From a virus (lineage: Duplodnaviria > Caudoviricetes): a stretch of 29,581 bases of DNA. This document shows positions 7,282 to 17,074 of this stretch, piece after piece (the stretch's first letter is position 1; each line of letters begins with the position of its first letter). Made by a program: the position numbers and the translations under genes. The stretch lies in IMG/VR virus record IMGVR_UViG_3300014208_001439, positions 1 through 29,581 of that record; one strand, written 5' to 3'. Under the pieces are notes generated by a model. The model saw only the letters and a list, made by a program, of their open reading frames with translations, was not told where the DNA came from and made no database searches.

Positions 7282-9252
7282 TTAGTTGTTCCAACTGCTT
7301 GGTGGCTGTGTCGGTATGTACTTACCCTTCGCTGTTAGAGATAAAATTGTGTATTTGGTATTTGCTACTGTGGAAGAAAGACGGAATTGAATGGCATTGA
7401 GATCTTTATTGACTTTTATTCTCTTTTTAACTGATGCCTGAGCAAAAACAGTGGGAGCTTCTGGATCAGTTCCAAACTCATAGTCACCAAAAAGATTGTT
7501 AGCGAAATCAACATTTGAGACTGTGTCCCCGATCGTTCTAGTAGCAATTTGTTTTAAAGGTTTATTTCTCATGATTCCCAAAACTTCAAAAACAATAGTT
7601 CCCTGGGGACGACCAATTTCAATGACAACATCATCAACTTTGGCAAAAATTGTTCTATCTTTGGGATCTGCATGAAGCAGTGGAGATCTCCAGGAAGTTG
7701 AAAAAGCCTGACCTTTATCTAAAGTAGCTCTGTCAGTTATCTCAACAAATTTTGACTCACCATCCTGAACACCTAGTAAATGGGTTTGGTCACTACTATC
7801 TGTGTATTCAAAAAATTGCTCAAAACCGATAGTCCAAGCCCAGATCCAAGCATTTTTTTCTAAATCATGAAGGAAAGTTGTGTCGTTTTTAACACCATCT
7901 TGAGAAGCAGAAAGCATCACTTTTCCCTCAGTAAAGAACGCCACTATATCTGAAAACTTACTTCCATTAATACTACTTCGATAAGTTGGACGGATATTTA
8001 CAGACTGTTCATCTGTAGCTAAGACATTAAACATCTGAGCCTTATTTCTCAGAGCAAAAACGCCTTTTTTGTTTGCTGAGTAAATATTGTCGTTAGCATC
8101 AGTGACAGCAGCTTCACCCTGTGCACCAATAGAACCGACAATTTTAAACGGAGTAGGAATAATGACGACATCTTCTCCAATAGTTAGCGAATCCATGGCA
8201 ATTTGCCATATTGAGCCTCTTCCGTCAGGGCTTTTTGAAAGGATAGTGGGGGCAACATCACCTTTTCCAGTTCGGTAGTGAGTAACAACGATAGGAAATT
8301 CTCTTCCTCCCTTGTCTAGTTCACTCCAACCACCTCCATAAAAATACGAGAAATAGTTGATGTACTGAGCGACACCGGAAAACACCACATTGAAATTTTC
8401 ATCAATTCCCCAGATTCGACCATTTGATAAAGCTAAGCGCCCAAGAATGGGACCGCCAGTTGTGTTGTCGTCAGGTATTTCTCTGTATGGGTTTTGTTGA
8501 GCTGAACCATCATCTGCGTAGCTATTTGTGGCGGAATCTGCTAAATAAATCTGTGCTCCACTTTCATCTGATAAATAAACTTCATAGCGAGTAGCGCCTG
8601 TGACCGCATCCCAAGCTAAGTCTACTTTTTCAGTTGCTAGAGCCCAAGTATCTCGATGTTTGTTTACTGTCACAGTGGCTTCGTTACTACCAACAGTAAA
8701 ACCAACTGCATTTAAAGCAACCACTCTGTAGTAGAGATTAAAACTACCAGCAGAGAGTCCAGCACCTCTAGTGGCTGTAAGATTCACTGGATCGGTGAGT
8801 GGGGTATTTCTAAAAAGAGTGGATCCATTATAAAAAGTCAGTCTATCAGTTCGGTTAGTGATATAAAGGTTATTGTCTATTTGGAGGAAATAACATTTTT
8901 TGCCAACTGTCATGGTGGCGCCAGTGATAGCGGACCATGTATCCCCATCATCTGTAGATTTATAAACAGTTCCGGATCCACCCACAAAAATTAATTCTCT
9001 AGTATTCTCGTCGACCACATACTCACCTCCACCAAGACAAGAAGTTTCGGAAGCTGGAGTTGTGCCAAAATAAACAGTGCCGGGCCTTGTAGTCCAAAGA
9101 CCATCCTGTTCAAGAGTGAGGTTTACTGTTTCCGGTGACTGATTTGGATTTTGTCTAGCCTCGTCAATATTAGTAACAGTTCCACCCTTTGCAGAGTCGA
9201 TGATTAAACGGTAAGGTGGTAGTGGTTTCCCCTGAGGGATTTTTATATTCAT
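7282..9252 (-). CDS. Tail nozzle / DNA stabilisation protein (P22 gp10 / T7 gp12-like)
   Basis: 656 aa, beta-propeller-like. N-terminal GG...NLTLEQDGLWTTRPG motif, FN3-like insertion (LAWDAVTGATRYEVY), and position after the adaptor. Confidence 0.75.
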   Translation of the reverse strand: MNIKIPQGKPLPPYRLIIDSAKGGTVTNIDEARQNPNQSPETVNLTLEQDGLWTTRPGTVYFGTTPASETSCLGGGEYVVDENTRELIFVGGSGTVYKSTDDGDTWSAITGATMTVGKKCYFLQIDNNLYITNRTDRLTFYNGSTLFRNTPLTDPVNLTATRGAGLSAGSFNLYYRVVALNAVGFTVGSNEATVTVNKHRDTWALATEKVDLAWDAVTGATRYEVYLSDESGAQIYLADSATNSYADDGSAQQNPYREIPDDNTTGGPILGRLALSNGRIWGIDENFNVVFSGVAQYINYFSYFYGGGWSELDKGGREFPIVVTHYRTGKGDVAPTILSKSPDGRGSIWQIAMDSLTIGEDVVIIPTPFKIVGSIGAQGEAAVTDANDNIYSANKKGVFALRNKAQMFNVLATDEQSVNIRPTYRSSINGSKFSDIVAFFTEGKVMLSASQDGVKNDTTFLHDLEKNAWIWAWTIGFEQFFEYTDSSDQTHLLGVQDGESKFVEITDRATLDKGQAFSTSWRSPLLHADPKDRTIFAKVDDVVIEIGRPQGTIVFEVLGIMRNKPLKQIATRTIGDTVSNVDFANNLFGDYEFGTDPEAPTVFAQASVKKRIKVNKDLNAIQFRLSSTVANTKYTILSLTAKGKYIPTQPPSSWNN

Positions 9253-9911
9253 TATGTTCCAAATCCTGAATAGGTTTGATCGTAGTGATTTTCTGTACTT
9301 CCGATCGGCTTAGCCTCATTAGCTATACGCATGGCGTCTAGTTTTTCGTTTGATATTTGCTGGTGTAAACCTGCTAGGGTGGGGTTATTTACGACATTTA
9401 TTAGTGCCACCGCTCCGTGAATGGCATAATATGGATCGCTCATTTGGATTGGAGTAGTTTCCACTCCTGTAGAAAATCTAGTGGCTATGTGGTAGCAAGG
9501 AAGGACCCAAGTTTTACCATTTAGGTTGGCATCAGGAGTAGGTCTAACCTCAAGCATTTTCTGGGAAACTGGACCGGAAAGATAAAACCTTTTGGCTATA
9601 GATCCGATCGCTTGGGTTAAGTGAGACTCTTCTGGTTTTTCATAGTTGATTGGGGATCCATCAATTGTTAAAAGACCGGCTGGCCATTTAACATCTGTGT
9701 CTAGGGTATAGTCTGCATCATTTGTTGCTATAGTGCCTGTTTCGTTCCAATATAATTCGTTCCAGGATATGCCCTTTTGGGTTTCCCAATGGTTAATTAG
9801 GGCATTTAGAGCTGCTAGATTAAGTGCAAACTCATCATCGCCACTGGTGGGATAATCAATATCGCCCTGGCTAATTAAGTGAACTATTTGTAGTGCTTCT
9901 TCGATTAACAT
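9252..9911 (-). CDS. Head-tail adaptor protein (T7 gp11-like)
   Basis: Helical N-terminus, LEVRPTPD motif, size and position. Start set at ATG 9911 after AAAGGA. Confidence 0.65.
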   Translation of the reverse strand: MLIEEALQIVHLISQGDIDYPTSGDDEFALNLAALNALINHWETQKGISWNELYWNETGTIATNDADYTLDTDVKWPAGLLTIDGSPINYEKPEESHLTQAIGSIAKRFYLSGPVSQKMLEVRPTPDANLNGKTWVLPCYHIATRFSTGVETTPIQMSDPYYAIHGAVALINVVNNPTLAGLHQQISNEKLDAMRIANEAKPIGSTENHYDQTYSGFGT

Positions 9912-9929
9912 ATTTCCTTTTTGCCACAC

Positions 9930-9969
9930 AAAAAAAGACCACCTAAGCCTAATGGCTTTTAAGTGGTCT
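9930..9969 (-). terminator. Intrinsic terminator / attenuator before the tail module
   Basis: Minus strand GACCAC-ttaa-AAGCC-atta-GGCTT-ag-GTGGTC followed by T7; ends 18 nt upstream of the adaptor ATG. Confidence 0.75.
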
Positions 9970-10000
9970 CATGACACAATTTGTCTGATGACTAATATAA

Positions 10001-10029
10001 TTTATACGCCCATTGTTGTTTTAAATCAA
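10001..10029 (-). promoter_or_regulatory. Putative promoter of the tail/lysis module
   Basis: TTGATT-17 nt-TATAAA on the minus strand, just upstream of the leader hairpin and terminator. Confidence 0.45.
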
Positions 10030-13000
10030 GTTTTGGGTAGTCTGACTCTAACTTTATTTTTATCAAAACTGATTGGTTTCTTATTTACCTTAGATAGTGC
10101 TATTAATTGATCTTTGTTCCCCTCACCTAAGAGTTTAGGACTCTTGGTCGGCATACTTACTCTAACTGATGGCAAATTAATCTTTCCTACTGAAATACTG
10201 GCTTTAACAGGAGCGACATTTGGTATTTTTGCACTTGGTGTAGTCCCTTTGATATTGGCCTTCTTGCCCTTTTTAGACCCTGATTTTTCGACCAATTGTT
10301 TAGTCTTTTTATCATAGGTGACACTTTTCAATACCCTGCCTTCTTTTTTGGTTAGTAAACCCTCATCAACAAGATCATCAATTACGCCGGGAGCGAGGAT
10401 CCTCTGCCCGTTTACTTCTTGGGTAAGTAGGGCCAATGACTCATAGCGCTCATTTTCTGGGGTTGAAGAAATGTAATCCTTGATATAACCAAGCTTGATT
10501 GAGTTATCTAGTTTAGCTACTTGGTAATAATCAATATCCACAGTGTCTAATTCTTCACCCAAGTTATTAAGAACATTTATTTTTTGTTCAGGCAAGATGT
10601 CTGCATCGCTTAGAACATCTGAAATTAGCTTTTTGCGCTCACCTTCTTTTTTAGCTCTATTAAAAGCGTTGTCCTCTGGGAGCAAATTATATTTATCAAC
10701 ACCAAAATATGAATTTAGCATATCCGGTGTAGCTTGCTCAGGTTGTTTGTTGAATAACTTTTGGAAAAAGCCTGATTGTTTTTCTCCAGAGATTTGATTT
10801 TTTATTTCCTCTTTTTTATCATCCATTGCTCTTTTTTGAATTACAGAAGAGTAAAATTGATCTCTTTGATCCTCAGGCATCATTTTAAAAGCTTCTGATT
10901 GTTTGTCACCAAGAGGTGATCTTTTTTCATCAAAGTAGGCTCTGGCTTCTGGAAAAGCCCAGGGACCCATGACGGCACCTCTAACTAAGTTTTGAGGGGT
11001 TTTTTTAACTGGAAATCTAATCCTGCCGCCTGAAGATTCTGAATAACCGCGTGAGTAATCCCTAGTCCCTCCAAAGGTTTTTTTACCTTGAATACCAGCT
11101 GGGATGAAGCTAACTAAATTTTTTCCAAGTTGTTCAAGCCTCTCTTCTGGTGTTATCTCATTACCATACTGGTCTTTTCTTGCTATTAAATCTTTAGCTG
11201 TGTTAAATAGTGGGCTACCTCCGATTCTTACTGAGGGAATTAGGTCAGCTGGACCAATTCCTAGCAAATCACCCGCCACTCCAATAACTAACAGGTTTGA
11301 TCCAATCCATCTGGCTAATCCACCAAATTCCTTGTTTTGGACCATCTCTCCTAAAAACTCGCCTTGTTTGATTGAAAATGACTGGAATTGTAGTAAAGTC
11401 TTTGCTAAATCTCCTTGAAGAGCTAGTGGAGTATCAACTGCACCAAAGGTAAATTGTGTATCTCTAGCTGTATCAATGCCAGCTTGAATAGCCTGTTTTT
11501 CACTCAGCCCAGCATCTAGCGCCCTTGCTTTAGCTCCATAATAAGCAGCGCCTCTATTGATCTTTTCGACAGTGCCAAATAAAGAGAATAACACATCATC
11601 CATTTTCTCTGAGACTCTTTTCATTGAGCTTCTGTTTCTGTCTTGGATGAGAGTATCTGAAAGTACTCCCACTTTTTCAAGCTCGCCATCGTTTGAAAAT
11701 AAATTCCTCAAAGATCTGGCATAGCCTATGCCGGTGTATTTTTCACCAAGTTTAGCATAGGTGTTAGTACCCTGAGTAAGGTTTCTTAAAGCGGATTTTA
11801 CATTTAATCCTAGAGTAGCTCGATAAATAGCAGTTCTAACTTTTCTCGTCAGGTTTGCTGTTGGTCTTTGACCAAGTTTATAACCAAAGATTTGTTTAAT
11901 TCCTGTATCAAGTAAATTATCAATTTCCATTGGACGCATATTAACCCGATCGGCATAAGATTTAACATACTTCCAGGATTGTTGATCTAATCCCTCAGAT
12001 GCAACTTTAAGATCAGAGAGGGCCTGATCCATGTGGTATTTTCTAGTAGCTCTTTTAACATAAGCATCCATGGCTCTGAAAGCATCTTCGATGTATCCCT
12101 TACCACCTAAGCGTTGTTGTAAAAAGGGATCGTAAACAGATCCAGGGACCTTACCAGCAATTAATCTTTCTAGCTCTGGGTCAAATTCTTTTTCAATAAA
12201 GTCTTGTTCAAAAATGTGGGTGATGTAGTGAGCAACTCTTTTGTCTCTAGGAAGACCAAGTTTGTCAGCCCATCCAGCTAAATATGCTTGCATTTCATTG
12301 GCAACTTTTAGCTCAGTTTTATTTAGTGTAGCTCCCTGGCCATCTAGGTATCTAAAAATCTGTCTGGACGACTCTTTGCTATTACCAACTTCTTTAACCC
12401 ATTGATTAACTTGATCTATCTCTCTGGGTAAATCTTGAATGTAGTCTTGATACTTTGTCCTTAGTTGCTTGGCTTCTCTCTCCAAACCTATCTTTTTAAG
12501 CACCCTATCTGGAGTTCTTAGATAATCAAAAATACTAACTTTGTTTTTAATTGTTCTTTCCTGAGTGAACTGATCAACCACGATGTCTGATAGTTTTTTA
12601 ACATCCCAGTCATCCACTTTTTTAGCTCCTGCCTGTTTGAAAAGTTGATTTTCCCAGTCTTTGTAATCACTAGACATCGCTTCTTGTGTGGCCTTTTTAA
12701 GACCTTCTCTAGCTTTTTGACGAGTGGCTAGATCAGTTTCAGAGTTAAAGACTAAATCGCTTAATATTTTTGCCTGTTTTCTCAAATCTCTAGCTTCTAA
12801 AATTTCATCCGGCATTTTAACTCTAGTGTTAGTTTTGCTTGGGATGGATAGAGCTATGTCTAGCGCCTCCTCATCGGTGATATTTTCATCTAGCTTAGCC
12901 TCTCTGACAGACTCGATCACATGATCCACTAATCCCTGAGGTGTTTGTTTTCTTAATGTTTCGATGTCACCTTCTTGAAAAGCCTTTGATCTTGAATATT

Positions 13001-14477
13001 TTTTAAGCTTGTTTATTTGATCCAAAACACTTTCTGAGTAAAGAGATCTTTCGGTACTACTCATTTCGGCTTCAGCTCTTGATTGTTCTAGTTTAAATTG
13101 GGCTTGGGCTTCTAATTCATCAGCTTTTTTTAATAGCTTTGTTTTGGGTTTGAGGTCATAATCGAGAGGTGATATTTGATTTTCGATTATATTTCTTGCT
13201 TCTTTAACATTAATTCTATCTACTTGGTTCTTTTTGTAGCCCATGTTTAATAATCTACTTGAGTCATTTAAAAGATGTTCTAGTTTTTGAATTTTGGGAT
13301 CGTTGTAGTCAACTGATCCAGAAGAAATAGCACTCGATTTGTTTTCTCCGATGATACCCATTTTAGGCAGTGGGGACCGCGCATCTCTAGGCAGGTGTTC
13401 GTTAAGGTCGATACCCCAGGCAAATAAATCAGCTAGTTTTTTATTGCTTAGGTTAGCCCATTTTTTACCAAAGTAATGCTCTGCAATGGCCTGAGCATCT
13501 CTACCAAGCTGACCAAGATCTTCTTTACCGACTTTGTTACTAACAACGGCATCATAAAATCTTCTCATTACTGTTAAGTCGTCTTGATGAATAGTATTTA
13601 CTCTAGGGGAAATCTCTTTAAAACCAAGAGCCTCACCTTTCTTGAGAATGTCATCTAACTTTACATTTGATGAGAATTGGCTTTTACCACCCTTTATACC
13701 AATAGCTGCATCCATGGCCATACTAATTGGAGTTGTTTTTTGGCCAGTGGCGATATCCATTCCAACACCCTGAGCGACATTTGCTACTGCCGGAGCCACT
13801 CTATTGGTAAACTTAACAGGAATTTTTGCGGGTATTTTGTTGATGACTTTACTAATGTATGGATTGGTGACCCCACTAAACGCATTAGCTTTCAAACCGA
13901 ACGAAGCGCCTTTCCCGGCGGCTTCCATAGGATCTTCTTTGGTAAATTTACTAGCTAGCACATTCATTCCTGCGCCGGTGGCCATGGCTACCTTTGCACC
14001 CGGATAGAGAAGCCCAGCGGCAGATAAAGCAACGCCTGGAGCCCCTGATCCAGTTACTTTAAATTTCCCAGTGTTTGGATCAACCCCGGACCCAAACGCC
14101 TTATTTGCTCCCTGTTGGGCCTTCACCGCATATGGATCTCTTTGATAGTTACCAACTTGAGAACTGGGGACAATTTTAGTTTTACCTGTAGCCACATTAG
14201 CTAAAAACTTGGGAGTGTTTACTATGTTCTCTTTGGCTCCACCAAGAAAATCAGCTGAGTCCTGAGTAAACCCTTTTGCAAACCTTGAAATTGGTTTAGT
14301 AAGTGCTTGCTGGGGATTAAATTGAAGCCCCGGCATCCTTTGATCGGTATCAAGCTTTTGAATTGTAGGAATAACTCTGTTTTGAGTGAATTTAGCTACA
14401 GAGCTATTTTTGATGTTTGCAACTCCTGTGTCGATGTCTTTGCGTAGTTTTTTAGCTAAGTTAAGAAGTGTACTCAT
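10026..14477 (-). CDS. Large internal virion / DNA ejection protein
   Basis: 1483 aa with Ala/Gly-rich N-terminal helices, a long helical core and a Lys-rich C-terminus; lies in the podovirus ejection-protein position. Confidence 0.6.
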   Translation of the reverse strand: MSTLLNLAKKLRKDIDTGVANIKNSSVAKFTQNRVIPTIQKLDTDQRMPGLQFNPQQALTKPISRFAKGFTQDSADFLGGAKENIVNTPKFLANVATGKTKIVPSSQVGNYQRDPYAVKAQQGANKAFGSGVDPNTGKFKVTGSGAPGVALSAAGLLYPGAKVAMATGAGMNVLASKFTKEDPMEAAGKGASFGLKANAFSGVTNPYISKVINKIPAKIPVKFTNRVAPAVANVAQGVGMDIATGQKTTPISMAMDAAIGIKGGKSQFSSNVKLDDILKKGEALGFKEISPRVNTIHQDDLTVMRRFYDAVVSNKVGKEDLGQLGRDAQAIAEHYFGKKWANLSNKKLADLFAWGIDLNEHLPRDARSPLPKMGIIGENKSSAISSGSVDYNDPKIQKLEHLLNDSSRLLNMGYKKNQVDRINVKEARNIIENQISPLDYDLKPKTKLLKKADELEAQAQFKLEQSRAEAEMSSTERSLYSESVLDQINKLKKYSRSKAFQEGDIETLRKQTPQGLVDHVIESVREAKLDENITDEEALDIALSIPSKTNTRVKMPDEILEARDLRKQAKILSDLVFNSETDLATRQKAREGLKKATQEAMSSDYKDWENQLFKQAGAKKVDDWDVKKLSDIVVDQFTQERTIKNKVSIFDYLRTPDRVLKKIGLEREAKQLRTKYQDYIQDLPREIDQVNQWVKEVGNSKESSRQIFRYLDGQGATLNKTELKVANEMQAYLAGWADKLGLPRDKRVAHYITHIFEQDFIEKEFDPELERLIAGKVPGSVYDPFLQQRLGGKGYIEDAFRAMDAYVKRATRKYHMDQALSDLKVASEGLDQQSWKYVKSYADRVNMRPMEIDNLLDTGIKQIFGYKLGQRPTANLTRKVRTAIYRATLGLNVKSALRNLTQGTNTYAKLGEKYTGIGYARSLRNLFSNDGELEKVGVLSDTLIQDRNRSSMKRVSEKMDDVLFSLFGTVEKINRGAAYYGAKARALDAGLSEKQAIQAGIDTARDTQFTFGAVDTPLALQGDLAKTLLQFQSFSIKQGEFLGEMVQNKEFGGLARWIGSNLLVIGVAGDLLGIGPADLIPSVRIGGSPLFNTAKDLIARKDQYGNEITPEERLEQLGKNLVSFIPAGIQGKKTFGGTRDYSRGYSESSGGRIRFPVKKTPQNLVRGAVMGPWAFPEARAYFDEKRSPLGDKQSEAFKMMPEDQRDQFYSSVIQKRAMDDKKEEIKNQISGEKQSGFFQKLFNKQPEQATPDMLNSYFGVDKYNLLPEDNAFNRAKKEGERKKLISDVLSDADILPEQKINVLNNLGEELDTVDIDYYQVAKLDNSIKLGYIKDYISSTPENERYESLALLTQEVNGQRILAPGVIDDLVDEGLLTKKEGRVLKSVTYDKKTKQLVEKSGSKKGKKANIKGTTPSAKIPNVAPVKASISVGKINLPSVRVSMPTKSPKLLGEGNKDQLIALSKVNKKPISFDKNKVRVRLPKT

Positions 14478-14502
14478 AGTCTCCTTTCTCTAAAGAGGCC
14501 AT

Positions 14503-15687
14503 TTATACTTGTCCTTGACTTTTTCTCTTAGCTAGAGCTAAGGGATTAAACATATCAGCATCATCGATAGCATTGGATTGACTTGGGTCAAACCCATACT
14601 CATCGTAGACAATATCACTTGGGTTGAAATTAGCTGAGTCGGATAATTCAAGCTTCAAATTGTTCAACTGAGCTAGTCTGTCTTGAGCTGCTTGTTGAAT
14701 ATTCATCATGTACTGCTCTTTTGTAGATTGAACTTGCTGATAACGATTCCAGAGACTCTCTACAGCCTGGGCTCTCATTGAACCTTTCATTGTGCCGATG
14801 TTGTTTCTCAAGTCATTGAATTGCTGAGCAATATCAGTCATTTGAGTATTAGTCCAAGTATCAACATCGTTGATCATCGAAGAGGCCTTGGCCTTCAAGT
14901 TGATTTCAGCAGTATCGATTTGGAAAAGTTGATCTTGACCCTGTCTTTGTACTCCAGCTCTTTCTTTACCAAAAAGCTTTTGGAGAGCAAAAGAGGCGGC
15001 GTCATTGGCACTACCGGAAACACCTCTTGCGCCCATATACATGTTCACATTTCTAGCTTGATCTCTAAGAGTTTGAGCTAAATCTGCTAGAGTATTAGCT
15101 TGGTTGCTTCGCACACCTTCTCTTTGGGTGTTTAGATTTTCGACTCCATACCCAAGTTGTTCATTGATTCCAGTTTTTTGAGTGTCAGCAGCAGATCTGA
15201 TTCGACCTTCCATGTCGGATTGCTGTCCACCAAGACCGCCCAAAACTTCATCAAAAGCTCCGTTAATTTCTGCATATAAATCCGGAGCTTCTCCACCTCC
15301 ATTATTTTCAGGTTTCCATCCATCAGCTGCATCCCAGAAATAGCCAGAACCGGGGTTGGCATTGGGATCTTTGAGGTTAAAGGTTGGGGTAGTTGGTTGA
15401 GAATTATTGCCAGAATTTCCACCCCCAGCCGTTGTGGTTCCCAAAACTGACCCATTTTTATTATTAGGGTCTTGTTGTCCAGAGGGAGAGCTATAAATGT
15501 TATATGGGACATTTGGTGAAAAATTTGATGGTGTATAAGGAACGTATCCAGCTTTTTTCGATTGAGATGTAACTCCAGTATTAATAGTTGGACCATTGGC
15601 TAGTCTTTCCGACCAACCCCTCTCTTTTGCACCAAAAGTTGTACCAACCCTATCAAGTGTGTTACCTGCTAATGAAAATATTCCCAT
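14503..15687 (-). CDS. Putative ejection / pilot protein
   Basis: 394 aa with a Gly/Asn-rich N-terminus and Gln/Ala-rich coiled coil; preceded by AGGAGG. Confidence 0.55.
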   Translation of the reverse strand: MGIFSLAGNTLDRVGTTFGAKERGWSERLANGPTINTGVTSQSKKAGYVPYTPSNFSPNVPYNIYSSPSGQQDPNNKNGSVLGTTTAGGGNSGNNSQPTTPTFNLKDPNANPGSGYFWDAADGWKPENNGGGEAPDLYAEINGAFDEVLGGLGGQQSDMEGRIRSAADTQKTGINEQLGYGVENLNTQREGVRSNQANTLADLAQTLRDQARNVNMYMGARGVSGSANDAASFALQKLFGKERAGVQRQGQDQLFQIDTAEINLKAKASSMINDVDTWTNTQMTDIAQQFNDLRNNIGTMKGSMRAQAVESLWNRYQQVQSTKEQYMMNIQQAAQDRLAQLNNLKLELSDSANFNPSDIVYDEYGFDPSQSNAIDDADMFNPLALAKRKSQGQV

Positions 15688-15731
15688 AATTCCTCCTAAA
15701 TGACTTACTTTTGTAAATACCCAGGAGTAAC

Positions 15732-15792
15732 AAAAAAGCTCCGATAATAAGAACGCTACCTAAAATTGGTAATATTCTTAAAATCGGAGCTT
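15732..15792 (-). terminator. Long intrinsic terminator / attenuator before the ejection genes
   Basis: AAGCTCCGAT..TAAGAA..TACC-loop-GGTA..TTCTTA..ATCGGAGC followed by T6; G-U pairs favour the minus strand. Confidence 0.8.
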
Positions 15793-15811
15793 CAAAAACA
15801 CTTTTAGTTGG

Positions 15812-15975
15812 CTCTTCACCCTGCACCGGATGATCGGTCAAAAAATCGTGAGTTGTTACTCAGATGTCATCTAGGAAAATATTGGTTGTGGGGATCTTAT
15901 CTTTTCTCTGCGTCGAGCGAAGGTAAGCACAAACAATAGGTGCCTAGACCGTCGCTCTTCAAGCCGTGAAGAGAG
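15812..15975 (-). ncRNA. Structured leader RNA of unknown class
   Basis: Closing stem CTCTTCAC/GTGAAGAG, a ~80-nt multi-helix hairpin at 15870-15948 and two small hairpins; lies between a promoter and a terminator. Confidence 0.6.
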
Positions 15976-15984
15976 GACAATGTC

Positions 15985-16014
15985 ATTATAAGCATAAAAA
16001 TGGTATAATATCAA
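15985..16014. promoter_or_regulatory. Overlapping divergent promoters
   Basis: Minus strand TTGATA(16014-16009)-18 nt-TATAAT(15990-15985). Plus strand extended -10 TGGTATAAT(16001-16009) upstream of ATG 16044. Confidence 0.65.
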
Positions 16015-16043
16015 TCACAAATATACTTGATTTATCAATAGAT

Positions 16044-16520
16044 ATGAAAAAAGTAATGAAACACGTTCCTTTACTAAGTTTAGTTGGATTTATCCTACTA
16101 TTAACCTATATTTTTGGATTCATGAGCGGTACTAATTTTGGAAAAAAAACAGTTACTCCTCAGGTTTGCAGTGCTGCTAAAGAAGTTAGTGAAGATAAAC
16201 TATTAAAAGTTGTTAATGATTGGAGAACATCTAAGGGTAAGAAAAACTATAAAATTGATACAATACTTTGCGGTTATGCTACAGAGAGAGTAAAAGAAGT
16301 TAAGAGTGATTGGTCACATAAGCAATTTAAAACCATGAACAAAATTGATAGCTTTATCACACTGGGTGAAAATTTATCAAAAGACATTTTTAACGAAGCT
16401 GAAATATTAAATTCTTGGCTAAATTCTCCAACTCATAGAGAAAATTTAGAAAACAGCTTTACGCATTCCTGTATTCGCTGTGAAGATAATTATTGTGTAC
16501 AATTATTTGGAAAGTATTAA
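16044..16520 (+). CDS. CAP/SCP-domain protein with N-terminal membrane anchor (moron)
   Basis: VNDWR, WSH, GENL and WLNSPTHRENL are CAP signature motifs. Start set at ATG 16044. Confidence 0.9.
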   Translation: MKKVMKHVPLLSLVGFILLLTYIFGFMSGTNFGKKTVTPQVCSAAKEVSEDKLLKVVNDWRTSKGKKNYKIDTILCGYATERVKEVKSDWSHKQFKTMNKIDSFITLGENLSKDIFNEAEILNSWLNSPTHRENLENSFTHSCIRCEDNYCVQLFGKY

Positions 16521-16522
16521 AT

Positions 16523-17074
16523 ATGAACCTTTCAAACAAAGCTATGATTGTTTGGGTAATATCCTGTACTGTCTTTCATACTGTTATCTATTTAAACGGT
16601 TTTAATGGGCTTGAGTATGATACTTTGTCAGTGGTTTTGTTTTTGTCCTCTATGGTTATTGGTAGTTTGGCATTTTTAGTCCTTATTTTAGAGCTATTTT
16701 CAAATAGGAAAAATGAAAAAAATAAGAAGGAAGCTAATAATTTAATACTTTTAACAATTATTTTATTCGTTTTATTTTTTATACCATTTGGGTATATGCC
16801 ATACACAGAAAATGTGGCTAAATCAGAGCAACCAATAGTACAGCAAAGCACAGATATTGAATGTTTTATTGATGGAATTTCAGTAATGACAACAAGAGAA
16901 AACTGTATGGAATTATCAAAGAGAAAGCCGAGTCCTGCTCCAGTTCAAGTCATTCAGCAAAGAAGAATAGAAATACCAGATCCTCCCAAAATTAAGATGC
17001 CAACTCGAACTAGCTGTCAAGCAAAACACGACATTTTAGGCAATTACACCGGCACAGACTGCACTACTTATTAG
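16523..17074 (+). CDS. Three-TM membrane protein with Cys-containing C-terminal domain (moron)
   Basis: Three hydrophobic helices, AT-rich, co-oriented with the CAP gene; 3' end overlaps the epimerase gene by 11 bp. Confidence 0.7.
   Translation: MNLSNKAMIVWVISCTVFHTVIYLNGFNGLEYDTLSVVLFLSSMVIGSLAFLVLILELFSNRKNEKNKKEANNLILLTIILFVLFFIPFGYMPYTENVAKSEQPIVQQSTDIECFIDGISVMTTRENCMELSKRKPSPAPVQVIQQRRIEIPDPPKIKMPTRTSCQAKHDILGNYTGTDCTTY

Noticed and set aside
15812-15973. Retron msr-msd-like layout on the plus strand (terminal inverted repeats, two small stems, one long hairpin)
   Set aside because: No reverse transcriptase in the window, and the promoter and terminator point to minus-strand transcription. 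Revisit only if an RT is found elsewhere in the prophage.
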